In this document: in pieces, positions 1-30,945 of the stretch
How the letters are laid out: the number at the start of each line of letters is the position of its first letter
Numbering within the stretch: position 1 is the stretch's first letter
Origin: Phoronis australis
Lineage: Eukaryota; Animalia; Phoronida
Assembly (NCBI GenBank): GCA_002633005.1
Contig: NMRA01000606.1
Span: forward strand, 107,394-171,393
Length of the DNA stretch: 64,000 nucleotides
Direction of reading: 5' to 3'
The notes under the pieces: model-generated
Databases searched by the model: none
What the model was told of the DNA's origin: nothing
What the model saw: the letters and a program-made list of their open reading frames with translations, nothing else
Made by a program: the position numbers and the translations under genes

Positions 1-29
1 CGCAGTAAAAACGGATGCCGTACTCCTAA

Positions 30-265
30 TAAAAAAGAATTATTGCAGGCGGTCTGATACACGTTGTATCAGACGTGCGCAGGCCTCTCATGTGGGCCCA
101 TTGCACTGATCATCTGGATATATTTTTATGGTTTATTGATATATGGTTAAAACCGAGCCTAGGAGCTAGAAACCTGGCTCAAGGGTTTAGCAGTGTGACC
201 TGGTGGGACTTGAACCCACGACCTCGAGTAAAGAAAGCGGGCACTTATCAACCAGGCCACACAGC
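30..265 (-). mobile_element. tRNA-derived SINE (~236 bp) with 10-bp target-site duplication
   Basis: On the minus strand: A-box-like TGGCCTGGTTG and B-box GGTTCAAGTCC, a 3' stem-loop (GTCTGATACA..TGTATCAGAC, ~52-73) and a T-run end. Direct repeat GTACTCCTAA flanks it at 20-29 and 266-275. Confidence 0.8.
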
Positions 266-595
266 GTACTCCTAACAGCTCTTGAGAAGATCTTAATTCC
301 GGAGCCAGGGCATGAGAAATAAAAAAAAATAAGAACATTATCGACAATTTCAAAAAACTCCAGAACGGTAGAAACGACTGACGCACTATTGATCGCCAAC
401 GAAGAAATCTGACAAATTCATATGAATGTTTTGAATGACTACTGTTTCATTCACATGCTAAATGTCCGGAAGTTCCGCCAAGCGAAGCCGGAGATATTAA
501 TGGTGTGACTGATACGCCGTAGTATGTAACAATTTCGAAAAATGTAACAACTTTACATTTTTCGTCACTGTTACATTGTACGTTGCTAAGCCTCT

Positions 596-672
596 ATTTC
601 TGTTTCTGTTGACAAAGGACGTTATGACATCCGAAAATTTCAGTTGATCCATTCTTGTTGTTTTATTTACCT
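596..672 (+). repeat. Penelope-like element terminal fragment (same family as 24301-24400)
   Basis: Near-identical to 24316-24398 (TTGACAAAGGA...TCCGAAAATTTCAGTTGATCCATTCTTGTTGTTTTATTTACC). Confidence 0.7.
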
Positions 673-1100
673 ATTTATAAGCCTCTACTAAAATGTAACA
701 AGGTGTTACGTTCATGCAATTGTTATAATTTACGTTGAATGCACATGCAAGAAATGTACCATTGTTGCATTTTACGAAAGCGACGTCATATTTTACGAGT
801 TTGCATGGTATCTGTCACACAGGGGAAAACGGTTCACACACTTGAAGACGAAGGCAACCCTTTTTCATGTCATTTTAGCAAAAATAAGGTTCGTTGATTA
901 TCCCAGACACATTTTTCAGTTAGTTACAGCTTTTTGTAATTTAAACAATTACGCGTCTGCTACTCCGGAAGTGACGTTTTGGGAGGCAAAAATTTCGCGC
1001 AAATTTCTTTTTATATAGACCGACTGTGAGAGCAGGCGAGTCAGTCATCGCTCTAACTCGGTTGTGATAAGGTCGGTCGCCGTTTGCTTTTGTTTACTAG

Positions 1101-1358
1101 TCAGTCAACATGCCACACTGTTGCTGCGTGCCGGGATTTACTCATTATCGTCTCACAGAAACAGGAACAACTGTCCCACTTGCCCGAGTGTCCCGCGACA
1201 CACTCCCACTGTATGGTTACCTGAGCACACAAACTGGTTATATCCCGCCGTGTGACTCCCTTGCCACACACTTGGCACCTTCTAAATAGCGCCAATACTT
1301 TAGACTGTTTACTAATGGCATAAAACTTTGCCTCCGAATCAATATTCCGGGATGTCAT
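1101..1358 (-). pseudogene. Kolobok-type DNA transposase fragment (zinc-binding region)
   Basis: Translation KF..SKVLALFRRCQVCG...VTIQWECVAGHSGKWDS resembles the CxxC...CxxGHxxxWxS motif of Kolobok-like transposases. Element ends are not resolved. Confidence 0.55.
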
Positions 1359-3283
1359 GTCTTTGTCTTATAAATCCTGGTACAGCACCGTATTTGTGTA
1401 AAATTTATCTTCTACGTGACGAAAAACAAAAAATAAACAACAGCACGGTCATTTTTGGAAAGAAGGCATTGAAAGGGCTCCAATGACAAATAGTAACCTT
1501 CATGAATGTCAAATTGGACACAGAGCAAAAAACAACGCGGCTACAGTTAGCAGGTGGGTTGCTGGGGCTAGGCATGTATTTTAGACGAAGTGACAAATGA
1601 GAAATTATTACATTTAGGTCGAGCCAAAATTGCTACAAAATCACGAATGCAAACTAAAATTCACCGTGAACAACTGCAAATTCAACCAGATGGAGAGATC
1701 CAATTAATTTAACATTTTAATTCGATCAAACGCATTGAACTTTGTTTTGAACTGACGCAGTATTGGGGCCGAATTAACAACAACTTGTCAAGTTTGTTTC
1801 GGTGCATTTTGTAGCAAAAATCCAACTTGTGTGGCTGGCATACACAATTGACGTTGCATAAAACACAGCAAGTTAGTTTCAAACTCAAAAATTTGTTCTA
1901 AATGCGCGAAGTAGAAAATATGAAAGTTCACCTTCGTTATTACACGAAACCAAGACACCGGAAGTTATGACTCGTGCGAACGTGGTTTCGCGTTAGGCCG
2001 CATGACTTCACGGATTTGCTAATCTCAACGAGTATCTACAGCCACATCGCCATATTTTTTGCGATTTCTCTCAAAACGACAGACTTTGTAAATTTCATGT
2101 TGATCAAACGAAAAACATGACCTGCGCCACAGTGAGAAAGACCAACAAAGTGAGGCGAGAAATTAATCAATAAGCGTAAGGCCATACATGTATCTTACAA
2201 ATAAGTAAGGGACATTTTGAGAGTGAAAGGATGACGTGATATACAAATGGCAAGTGCTAATAGCGCTTGACAAGAACTATTGCATACCACATCTCGTAAG
2301 GCAAACCGTAGGTACGGTACAAAATATAAAAAGGCAATTGGCAATCATTAGGATCAAATAAATGTAAGTCGAAAAACGGCTGACACAGCATAATCTTGCA
2401 TCCTATTTGAACTAAAAACACTCGGCCTCAAGCTATTCATTAGACACATGTTGCACGTATCTCTCATATCGATGAGTGGTGCAATTAAAAAGAGGATATA
2501 CCACCCATGTTGCTTTTGAACTGTGAGATGTATCACTGCACTAGAGTTAGTCATCAGACAGATTATTCAAAGGACGCCATGCGACACGAGAAGTCACAAA
2601 ATATAAGACAAGTTAGCGGATGATCTCGAATAACTCGAGAACGGTACACCGTAGCGTGTAAACAAACTTACAAAAACTTCATGAAAAAGCAACATACTTG
2701 AAGAAATTTCATTTCAGCGAGGAAAAAGAGAACAAACGAACTTCACGTCAACGCCAAATACTTGGTAAAAATTGTTTCACCAAGTAATAAATGATCACTC
2801 GTCTTAAAATCTCAAATAACAGTAACAATAAATAGTAACGATGGCACATGTTACGTAGCCGTTCAGAAGATCTATGTACATGTACATGCTAAACTTCAAA
2901 AGACCGCGCAAATAGGGCGTTGTGGAATGGAAATTATAAAACTGGCAATCTTTTGTCTGATTTCACAGAAAACATGATCTTCCAACACTTAACGAGATAA
3001 ACGTTTTGCGTAAATTTCAAGTCGATCTGACGGAAAAGAGGAAAAAAATCGCAAATAAAGCAAATCACTTGAAGAAATTCTATTTCTCCAAGTACTTTGG
3101 AAAACAAACTGTGTTTACATGAATTTTCATCAGCAGTCCTCTTACATTCCACCCATTTTGTATTTTTCAGTGATTTGTAAGACTGTGTTGCAGTTCAATT
3201 ATTCCCCAGCAAAGTTAAATCCACTTAAACGCAATATTTGCAATCTGAAAACGTTTGTCTTGGTATACCTATTATGTCCTTAC

Positions 3284-20719
<17,436 letters not shown>

Positions 20720-21889
20720 ACTGGTTTCCCAGCCAGGCCCCTTATTGGCCGTTACAAGGCTTAAAGGCGGTGTTTGTTGTCGATGTTTTCTTTGCCTGCT
20801 TTTCTCTGCTGACAGTGTTGTAGACTGCAAAATATAAACTGCTTGTAATCTTTCTCAAACCTGGTCAGACTCGTAAACTCCTTCATTTCTGAATCGTTCA
20901 CATGACGTAGCAATGCCTAGGCGAATTTATGTGGTGTCAACGAGGCTCGCTTCCAACTCCCTCTTGACACCATCCAAAACGACGATTGCAAGCTGTTTTA
21001 GAGGTGTTTTGAGGGTTTTTTATTTAGATCTTGATCCATCTCGCAGTATCTTAAATCTCCAAATGTACCCCACAGAATTAGGGCACGGTCTTGGACACGA
21101 TGGTACGGTAGGACCTAGCTAGTTCAGTTTTCCGAAAAAAAGAAAATGAGCAAAGATCGGTCACCATGGCCAAATTACGGTTTGACCGGATCTGGGAACC
21201 CAACTAGGCTCGAAAGTAAAAACGATCTAACACATTGTACTTTAAAGCTTATAAATTGTGAATGCAAACGTATTGCTAAATAGAAAAGATCATGGTTAAA
21301 GTCGTTTGAAAAAGTGGACCCATGTTTACAAAATGTGACGAGTTTCTTTGTTTCATAACTTGCAAGAATGGCGTAATTGTGCTTTGAATAGGGTTATTTT
21401 CACGCACGCTTTCGGAAATTCAAACACTCAATTGTAAAGATGGCGCTGCAATAAAATATACCTTCATTCGTGTACCAAAATGATAGCGGAATTTACAAAG
21501 TCCACACCAGCTTGTTTATCCCAAATTTACAGTATTATCAAGATGCGACTTTAACATCTGCCTTATTTTCTTGATTTGACTACTTGATCAAGTTTTGAAA
21601 CCCATACTATTAGATGGTTAGTTCAGACAACAGTAAAATCGAAATTTATTTGAATGAGAGGTGATACTCTGTAGCGCAGCTTTTATGTAGCTTGACAGTT
21701 CATTAACTATTTATTTGCAGCAGTTGCTATGGAAATTGTACTAGTAATCACGTACCAGTGACCAGGTCAAAACTTTTAGCAAGTGGCTTCAGTTTGTTTC
21801 TAATCTGTGTGAAATTTCATGTTCCTAAAGGAACACGGCGCTTTTTTATTTTATTGTACACTGTAAGTCGAAGCGAATGGACGATTGCG

Positions 21890-22090
21890 GGTAAATCAAA
21901 AACCACCGAAACGTCCCGTTTCTTCCTCTTATTCGAACAGGAATATAGTGCTACGTCGAGTGGGAAATTACACCAGTGTATTATAATATGTTAGTGTCGC
22001 CTTTGATAAAAAATGGGACGTTTTGATGGTGTAGCGGGGCGGGGGGCGCGAAAAATATAGTCTGTCAAGAGCTGGACGATTGGCAATTAC
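21890..22090 (+). repeat. Old DNA-transposon end, related to ~60055-60255
   Basis: Shared AACGTCCCG and TTTTGATGGTGTAGCGGG segments at similar spacing. Confidence 0.5.
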
Positions 22091-22292
22091 AATGCACACT
22101 GTCAGTAACACAAAGATTGATTGGATATTTTTCAATGTATACTTTTGAATTTTATTTTTCAGGGGTATAAGTAGTTACTGAAGATGACATTCACTGCTAA
22201 GAACAAAAAGTATATGGGTAACAGGTGAACAATGCACAAATGAATTAGCATAGAAAAAATTGTTAACTAATAATTTGTGCAAACACAAAGTT

Positions 22293-22357
22293 ACACACGC
22301 GCACGCAAACACGCAAGCACGCACGCACACACACACACACTCACACTCACACACACA
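22293..22357. repeat. Imperfect (CA)n microsatellite
   Basis: CACACGCGCACG...CACACACAC. Confidence 0.9.
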
Positions 22358-23645
22358 CCTAGCTACACAAATACAAGTTGCATTTTGAAAGTCACGTAAA
22401 CACACTTCTTAGTGGGGCCTAAGCTTTACATTTATATTTGCACAACAAACACTTAGAAATCAAATGTCACATATTTCGTACAACACGGTAAATAGATTTT
22501 AACACCCAAAAACGTTTTGTAGAAAACTCCTCGCATGTGGTTTGATAGGTTGTATCATGTGCTTTTTAGACCGGAAATAAAAAGATTTCAGACACCTGAC
22601 TATTCACGGTATCCGGCCAGGACCACTGGTGGGGCGTATAAAGAATGACAAATATAGATGTAGGGTGTGTTGACTACGTTTGGCAGGAAATTGGTGTTTA
22701 GAACCATGCCGCAAGAGTCTCGCTTGATGATCAAAAGTGTCAAAATGAAAATAAAGCAATGATATTAGGTTTGATTAGGCAACTACAGCACTTGATCAAA
22801 ACTCAGTCGAGCAGACGACTGCAAGCTTTAACAAGAGAAATTACATAATAGTCATGTAGGTCATGTGTAGAAAGTGACAGTAGTCTTACTAACTGTTCCA
22901 GCATTTTTAAGTCTCGTGAAAACGATGGATGCGGTATGAAGCCTATTTCACTTAATTCCTATCAATGTAATAATTAGTAAACATGATGGATATTGAATAA
23001 TTTATTTTGTATTTTGTTCGACGTAGCTGAACAATCAAACAAAGGCAGCCATGTTTGGAATTGTTCCATTAAGGGAATTATGGACTCCTGTTGTTCAACA
23101 CTCGGTGTTGTTTGGGTACCCTATCTGCAAGTGTCAAGTGTTTATGAAAAAACTCAAGTTACAAGGTATTATATGTTACTATTTTTTATTATTTAAACCA
23201 CCGAGCTACATGTAGATGATCTGGAATACCAAATTTGATTTCGAGTGACCTAGATTACCAGGGGACGCTAGTGTACTGTATCAATACAGAAGCAAGAACT
23301 CTCGAGATTCCACAAGATATTGCCGTGTAATTTCAACGAGAGCAGTTCAGCTAGATTTTCTCTCCGTGAGACAGTTAATGAATTCTACACAGGATGCATC
23401 CGCACGTGCCTGTGCTGTAGTCTGCTGAAACTTGCTAGCGGAATAGACCGACCTAGGGCGGTGTTTTAATATTTCCGAACGAATTTCATCAATATTTTTC
23501 AGTTGAATAATCGGAAACATTGTCAAAGTGAATAGCATCTGATTTCGATTCAAGAAGTCCGTGGTACATGTACTGGTATGCGTAACATAAAGCTATAGAT
23601 GTATTGCAGTTGTAAAACGATATTTTTTTAAGTTTATTACTTTCT

Positions 23646-24400
23646 CAACAAGAATGGATCAACTGAAATTTGAAATTTTCGGATGTAAAAACTTCCTTTG
23701 TCAACAAAAACAGAAATAAAGTAAAATCAAAGGGATGACACGAGTGTTTAAACGGAATTAGCCACGTCTTCAAAAAACTGACAAACCTATTGGCAACACA
23801 CAATGTAACAAAACTAGGTGTAAAATGTGTAACTTCATCAACGACAGCACTTTTTTCCAGTCTTCCCAAACCAATGAAAACTTTGAAATAAAACATTATT
23901 CTGATTGCACCACTAACAATATTATTTACCTTATAACTTGTTATAACTTGTAAATGTTCTATCCAATACGTAGGACAAACTCAACATAATCTACAAACTC
24001 GGTTTCGTAATCATAGATTTAACATAATACATAAAAACATTTCTGATACTATAGGTAATCATTTCAATTCCAAAAACCATAATATTCAAGATCTTTCTGT
24101 ACAAATAATAGAAAAACTCCAACACCCCAGTACCCCTCACAGACTCAAAAGAGAACAATATTGGATAGACAAACTTAATACAATAGAACCCCATGGATTG
24201 AACATAAAAACTTCTTAAAATATGTCAATAAAAAAATTTTTTACGCTAAAATGTATCATATTCGTTGCACCATAACTTATATGTCAATTGTCATTTTGTG
24301 TTTGATTTTACTTTATTTCTGTTTTTGTTGACAAAGGAAGTTTTTACATCCGAAAATTTCAAATTTCAGTTGATCCATTCTTGTTGTTTTATTTACCGAT
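23646..24400 (+). mobile_element. 5'-truncated Penelope-like (Neptune-type) element: GIY-YIG endonuclease remnant with inverted terminal repeat
   Basis: Encodes CNKTRCKMC...DCTTNNIIYLITC-(10-bp duplication frameshift)-KCSIQYVGQTQHNLQTRFRNH...REQYWIDKLNTIEPHGLN. Perfect 86-bp inverted repeat 23646-23731 / 24301-24386. Confidence 0.9.
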
Positions 24401-26003
24401 TTATATTCTTCATTTCATGAAACAATAGTATCCTTGGGAGGATCTGGATCGCCTTATTTAGTTTCAGATATATTTTCTACGTTACTTTCTCAAAAACACG
24501 TAGAGTTTAAAATTTGTTTACCAAGTAAGTCAAGTAACAGAGACAAATGTGAGCTTTGGTAGGTTTTAAATAGCTCAACAATTATATCGTAGAAAAATAA
24601 CACGAATGATTTGTTGAAAATTATACTGAAATTTTTGCTTCCAAATTTCGCTTATTTTCGACGAGAAGAAATATCGCAAAACTTTTAAACATTAAAGCAG
24701 TTGGAGCCTGTCTACAATTTCTATATACACGTAACTCACCTTAACCTCAGAAATAACAGAAAACGGTTAGCAAAGAGTGGCGTGACACTGCACTGGGACT
24801 TCTTTCGTACTTCTGCCGTCGCCTTGGTATTGTGGGACCAGCCCATAATGGCTCGCTTATTTATATCGTTTCATTTTCCTACTAGCTTAGATTCCAGGAA
24901 TTCCCATTTCCTCACAAGCACCCTACATTCATTTTCATTATCGTACAAATTTTGATTTTGTGATTGAATGATTGTTATTTGGGATCTTTACTTACAAGAG
25001 ACTCGTATGAAACAGCTAATACAATGCGTTGTCGACGTTTGTGTTAACTAGGCAAACGTGAGCCAACAAAAGCTACATCTGTTAAGATCCATTACCTTAG
25101 GACCATGCATTTATACCGTGGACTCAATTATTCTAAATCGCGATATTATTTACATTGCTTTACTTGCGGTAAGAGCTGGGTAAACAAAAAAAATGTTGCG
25201 TGGGTATTTTTTGTTATGGATGTCACCCAATCTGTTATTTCCCCCTTTTGAAAATACAGCACTGTTCAAATCATCAGTGTGCGTGTAGTACGAAGAATTT
25301 CTAAATGTTACTAAAAGTTTGGTCATGTATGGCTGACCTGATAAAATTGTCAGGGACATGGGTTCTCGAGATCATTGACATATCTGGCGGCCGGTAGTTC
25401 GTGGGTTGTCTGCTCCAAGTAAAGACGGGCAGTAACTGGGATTCTCATGCATACACATCACCTATATCTTATTTTCCAGATATTAACTGGTCGGATTCGG
25501 GAAGAGTTTTGGTTCTTCACGTGTCATTAGTGGGGCACGCTTTACAGTCCACATTGTGAATGTCACAATAATAGCATTGAATCAGAACAAGAACGCATGT
25601 CGCCACCGCTTTCGTCTCGAATTTTCAAATCTACCCGTACCACTCTCCTATAGCCAGCTTGGCCCCCTCGCCCCCTCCTCTTGTTTGCCATGAGTGTCAT
25701 TGGGTTTTCCTGTTCCCGCAAATGACATAGAGTTATCCGAGTCTTGTTTATAATCAATAACAATGAAAAAGAGACAACAGATAATAACTTCGGAATGGGG
25801 ATATAAAAATATTTTACGAAAGCAAAAAACTCTTCAGTGGAGTACCGAATTTGACTGAGGTACGCTCTCTTACCCTCTTAGGTATGCAACTACTGAGCAA
25901 TGATTTAACGAGACTCCAAGGATGGTGTATCAAAACAATTCTTGTCACATTTCTACTCGTATTAATTGTTCATTCTGATCTGATATTTTTCATTGACTCT
26001 TAA

Positions 26004-27698
26004 AGGAGAATGCCACCCGATTTAATTAGTCCTTTTTACCGTCTTAATCGGTCTCTATCCCCATCGCTTCTTATACTGTCGACCTCACCTTGCCGCGAGG
26101 TGTCGCGTTATCCTGTGAGGAAGGTGAGAAGCGACGCAGCGACGTCAGTGGTTCGTCTGCAGAGTGAATGCCGCTATATTGCATCGGTTCCCGCTTGTCC
26201 GAACTATGAAGCTTCGAAGAAAACGGGTATATCGTTTTTTCGACTTCTTCGAGAGCCCAAATGCTTAGGAAGTGGCTCGCGGCAGTGAAGAATGAAAGGT
26301 ATGCTATTAATAGCAAGTTAGAGGCCGTGAAACATCACCGTGTCTGTGGCCGGTATTTCGTCGACAATGATTTATCTGACGAATTCCGGCTCACCAAAGA
26401 AATATCCGTATGTTCCGTTTCCTAGGAATGTTCACAGCGCCTCTCTAGTATTTCTTGATCAGTGTATTCCTTTTCGAACTGATGGCCTGTGAAACCTAAA
26501 GATCCGACCCGTGAAGTCTTCGTCGGATGAGCTCTTGATTAAAATGAAGTCGGGATAGGCGCCGGGCAAGTTGCCGTGTAGACATTTATTATTCTACGTT
26601 CTGTTTCAAAGTAAATCCTAAATTGATCCTAACCAATGCTTATATGAAACTGAGACAAAGTCTGTCTCATTAGATACAATTTGTAATATGCCTTGGAGTG
26701 CTCGTGAGAACAAATGTTTTGAGAAGCCAGCCTGCGTTATCGGCTTTTGGTGCCGGCAACAAAGGTAATTGACCGGGCACCGAGGCCGTGTGAGCGCATG
26801 CTAATTCAGTGGTTGCCGACAGAAAGCTGTTGTGAAACAATTACTCGATTTTATATACTATTGTCACATGTTAGGGGAATCATTATTTAGAAATACAAAA
26901 ACATTATTCAAATCATTGTTAGTGTACAACCTTTGCCCTGACGGTCTGTGGAAGGGGAATCTGACATGTAAGTAGGATTTTCAGTTTCGTGGCTAATTCA
27001 CATAAATAATTACGTGCACACGATTTCTCTGGCTCACTATTATAGTCTTTTCGTGACTGGAGGTTTAGTTTCAACTCAACCTGGATTATGTTCCTGCCAG
27101 TCCCGGAGGCCGCGACGGGCTTGATTGGGTTCCGAGCCACTGGCCGGGATAACGAGTCAGTCCGGCCGCGCAACGCGGAGCCGGATCGGGTTCCGAGCCA
27201 CTGGCCGGGATAGCAAGCGTTTTGTGTGTTTAGAACTCAAAAAAACACAAGTATAAACAACACAGATCTAGGTTCTCTTATCTGTATTCCACGGAAGAAT
27301 ACTTCGAATTTATCTCCGAAAAGACCCCAAACTCCTGCTACGGACCTTGGTAAATTGGCCTGCGGAACTTTGTAGGCTACGGTGTGTCCAAATACCAGTA
27401 AATCCGTAACAGCAAAATGAAACAACACATTTTTATAAGAACTCGGTGTATTTTTAATGGTTTTACATCGAAGTTTGGTGATTTATTGGTGTTAAACGAT
27501 GAATTCAAGCGATAAGATGACACCTCCTAACCCGTGTTGTGAACTGCTGAACACACTGCGTGTGAAACCAATTACGTCATTGGATAATTTCAACACCTCC
27601 GTCTGCTGCCAGGTGTTAGGTAAGGCAACCGGACGTGGCGTTATCGAGTAGAACTACTCGATCTAAAAAATAGGTTGTTTTTTGGGTGGCATTCTCCT
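26004..27698 (+). mobile_element. Non-autonomous Kolobok element (family A, copy 1) with THAP remnant
   Basis: Perfect 15-bp TIR AGGAGAATGCCACCC / GGGTGGCATTCTCCT with TTAA on both sides. Frameshifted THAP from 26168: MPLYC..VPACPN..GISFFR..RKWLAAVKN..HRVCGRYF. Confidence 0.9.
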
Positions 27699-28070
27699 TT
27701 AATGTGTCATTCTAGTCAGTGCTCTATTTCAGTACACGTAACCGGGCGTTTTATCCGTAGGTCCATCTTGGAGAGTCTTTTGGAATATTTTAGCTTTTAC
27801 CTACTTCATACTAAATACCATATGTGACGTTGAATCAACGTGAAAACAACGTTGCGCGAAACTAGAACGTTTCCTTGGAAACGTATAGTTAGCGTTGCGC
27901 TAAAACACATCTCCACTTAAGCATAAGGTAGACCTGTTGGTTAATATTAGACAACCAGACCTCCGCCTCAAATCTGATGGAAAACTTTTTTGACCACCTG
28001 TTACTACATTAATTGTTGCCCGGATGACAATTTATGCTGATGGTTACACACCCCCTCCCATCACGCTTAT

Positions 28071-29715
28071 AGACCCAATTCACGTGCCAAACATTAAAAT
28101 CCAAAGCGAGGCTCACTGCGATAAACAAAGCGGAAGTTGACATTGCGTGAGTTAAATGGCCGCTCTTTCGAGTCCAACCTGGATATTAAATCTTAAAAAT
28201 GTGTCGATAATTAACCACAGAGACGTAGAAAAATACATTAGAGAACAAGTCAATGCACCAAAGAGTTGTCTGACGAAATGGTATAAGTTTATTTCGGAAA
28301 GCTCAGTTCGAAACATGAAATGTAAATGTGACCAAACTGCGGCGATCGCAGTGTTACGGATTAGGTATTAGGCTGAATATAGGGTTACTTTTCTTGCAAA
28401 TTGTTGATAAAAATGCTTTCTACACAAACCAGGTTATCTGCTTGTATTGTTGACGAGTTGAAGATATATTCGACAGTGGTGGCTCATCGCATTTTGCTGT
28501 CATGTGCAATTAGTCACATCTGGTTTAATTTGTTGTTCAAGAATATTAACAACAAGCATAGCCTAGGTCCTGGTGAGGTAGGGACTACCGTTATTAACAG
28601 TTGATTTTTCATTGATCTGAAAGAATAACTGATGTTATTAAATATATTTTTATTAAAATACAAACCAGGCTCGTAATTGAAAATAAAAATTATTTGACCA
28701 TTTAAGTTTTAAATTTTGGAAATAATTTAACGAGCACAGCCCCGCTTTGGCATAATATCCAGGTTGTCATTCACTCCCTTGCACACATTCACAAGTAATT
28801 ATTTGACCATCAATTCTGCATCCTTGGTTTTAATAATTCTTACGTCTACATGTATTTTATGTGTTAGGTTTCAAATATCAATCTGGACCAAGTTGAATTT
28901 TAAAATCAAAACACCTAATTCGTTGGTCCAAAGCATAACCTCGTTTTAGAGCTCAATTTCAGTTAACTGGACAGAGCAAGCATAGTTAACATATTTCTTC
29001 AGGGGCCTCGTTCATCCAAGGGAAAATGTGCCTGTGCCTTCTGAGAGAGGGGAATTTTTTCTCCGAGCGAAGTGAGGGGAAGAATGTACCTCCCGCTCAT
29101 CATCAATAGCACCCCCCCCCCCTCGGCGCCCTGTTGCAAGCTCTCACAGGCTCTCTCTCAAGTGGCATTTTGTGCTCTTACAAATTGTCACTTGTGTGGT
29201 TACAGGTGATTTGAACTTGAGTCGGAGAGAGCTTTTCTATCCCTATGGGAATTTTTAGGCCTCGTGGGGCCGGGGCATTTCGGGAATTATTCAATATTTT
29301 TGAGAGGGGAATAAGGCTGATATTCGGCTCCAAAATCGAGAGATTGAGGGCCCTGTCCTTCTTGGAAAGAAAAATGCATTATCTTTCAACCCGTAGTCAT
29401 GAAAACGCAGCCTGGCTGGCCGAAGATTCTCCGGTCGTTGCTATGATGCTCGGCAACAGAGATGCGACAAAATATGATCTAACTTTTCGAAAACATTTAA
29501 ATTTTACACGGACATGTTTTCCTTCGTCGCGGTGTATGGCAACGACCCAACGCTTTCAAATCTCAACGTAAGGATTGTAAAACAGACAGTTGAGTATCCG
29601 TATTTTTCTAGCCGACCAACGTGGAATACATCCCTGAGTATGCCGACTAAGCCAACAGAGCTATCGTAGCGAGCCTCGTTTTGGAACGCGCCTCCTGTCG
29701 GCGTGAATTGGGTCT
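28071..29715. mobile_element. ISL2EU-like non-autonomous element
   Basis: Perfect 14-bp TIR AGACCCAATTCACG / CGTGAATTGGGTCT with AT TSD. Minus-strand THAP remnant KRWVVAIHRDEGKH (~29500-29560). Plus-strand ORF start at 28156. Confidence 0.8.
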
Positions 29716-30237
29716 ATGCCAATCGCCAACAAGGTCAAAGCTATGCTCGAGCAAAAAGGGTCCAATTAGTCAACAACTGGCAATCTTTCACTCAAAACAC
29801 ATTTGAAAATTAAGAAAATGTCATTTGTAGACTTCAAATGCAGCATAATTCTTAAAATTCCCAACCAACCCAGTAGGTATCAATTTCAATAAAATTGGGA
29901 GATAAAATGAACCGTGGCTTAAGAACCTATTGTAGGTCACCTAATAACACGTTTCTTCTATACGTTTTTACACCTGCGTAGTACAATACATGTGGATTAA
30001 GGAGGCACTGTACAGTTCTCACTGGGTTATGTTTGGCGATACAAACGTCACTGGACTTGGTTCCTTCCTTTCGCTCTGTCGAAAACTCTAAACAAAATGA
30101 GAATCTGTAAGTCGTTTCACATCAAGACCGCTACACATGACCGCAGAAGTTTGATTCTGTCCCATGCATGTATTTTGACCCTTTCACTTCCATCGAAAAC
30201 GGAAGTGAGCTTCCGGACAAAAAAGCAAAACTGACCG

Positions 30238-30391
30238 GGCGTGCGTTCAGTAGACGCTAGGACCTACGCTAGGACCTAGCCAAAAGCTAGTCAAGGTCAC
30301 GTGCTCGTATTTAAAATACATGGCAATATCTCGCGTAATCTCGCGAAGTCTTGCTTTTAAGTTAGGTCCTAGCGTCTACTGAACGCACGCC
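30238..30391. mobile_element. ~155-bp MITE (Harbinger-like), copy 2
   Basis: 29-bp perfect TIR GGCGTGCGTTCAGTAGACGCTAGGACCTA / TAGGTCCTAGCGTCTACTGAACGCACGCC. Confidence 0.85.
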
Positions 30392-30945
30392 AGGTTTCAG
30401 TACAGAACCACCACTTCTTTGGTAATGGTAGACATAAGCCCACTCTAGATTCCAAAAGCAAACTCCCCACATATTCCTAAAATTTGGACCAAAGGTGCTG
30501 CCATACCTAGAGCATATCTATTTCTGGATTATTTGATGGGCACCTGAAGATTTTTCAGTCGCTACGAGCAATGTAACACTACTATATTGGGCCGCCATTT
30601 TTGGAGAAAGGTGTATTTGCAACCCTTCATGAAGTGTTCGCAAATTATCGCAAGCGAAGTGACATCGTATTACGTGGCCCCAGGAGAGACCTTCGTCACG
30701 TGACCACAACCTTATATAACCGTCATTATGAACGTGACCGGAGTCATGCAAGGCGAGTATAATCACAGGCCCAGGCAATCCACCTTGTAGAGCCTGTTCC
30801 GAAGCAACAACGATCTGTTACTTCTAGTTCCGTCTAATCCTAGAAATCACGCTTAATTTGACTTTGGAACAATGGTAAACCAGTTTCATAATGTAAAGTG
30901 GTCCAAATCGAAAGTTGTTCTGTGTGACGTATGGTGTGTTGAACG

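Noticed and set aside
20830-21400. Interferon-response-like (ISRE) element upstream of the PARP14-like gene
   Set aside because: Only partial TTTC motifs and no exact consensus; expected by chance in AT-rich DNA.
25230-25780. Possible BEL/Pao LTR-retrotransposon 3' remnant (GTWVL..I...QVKTG)
   Set aside because: Only a few scattered residues across frames, and no paired LTRs.
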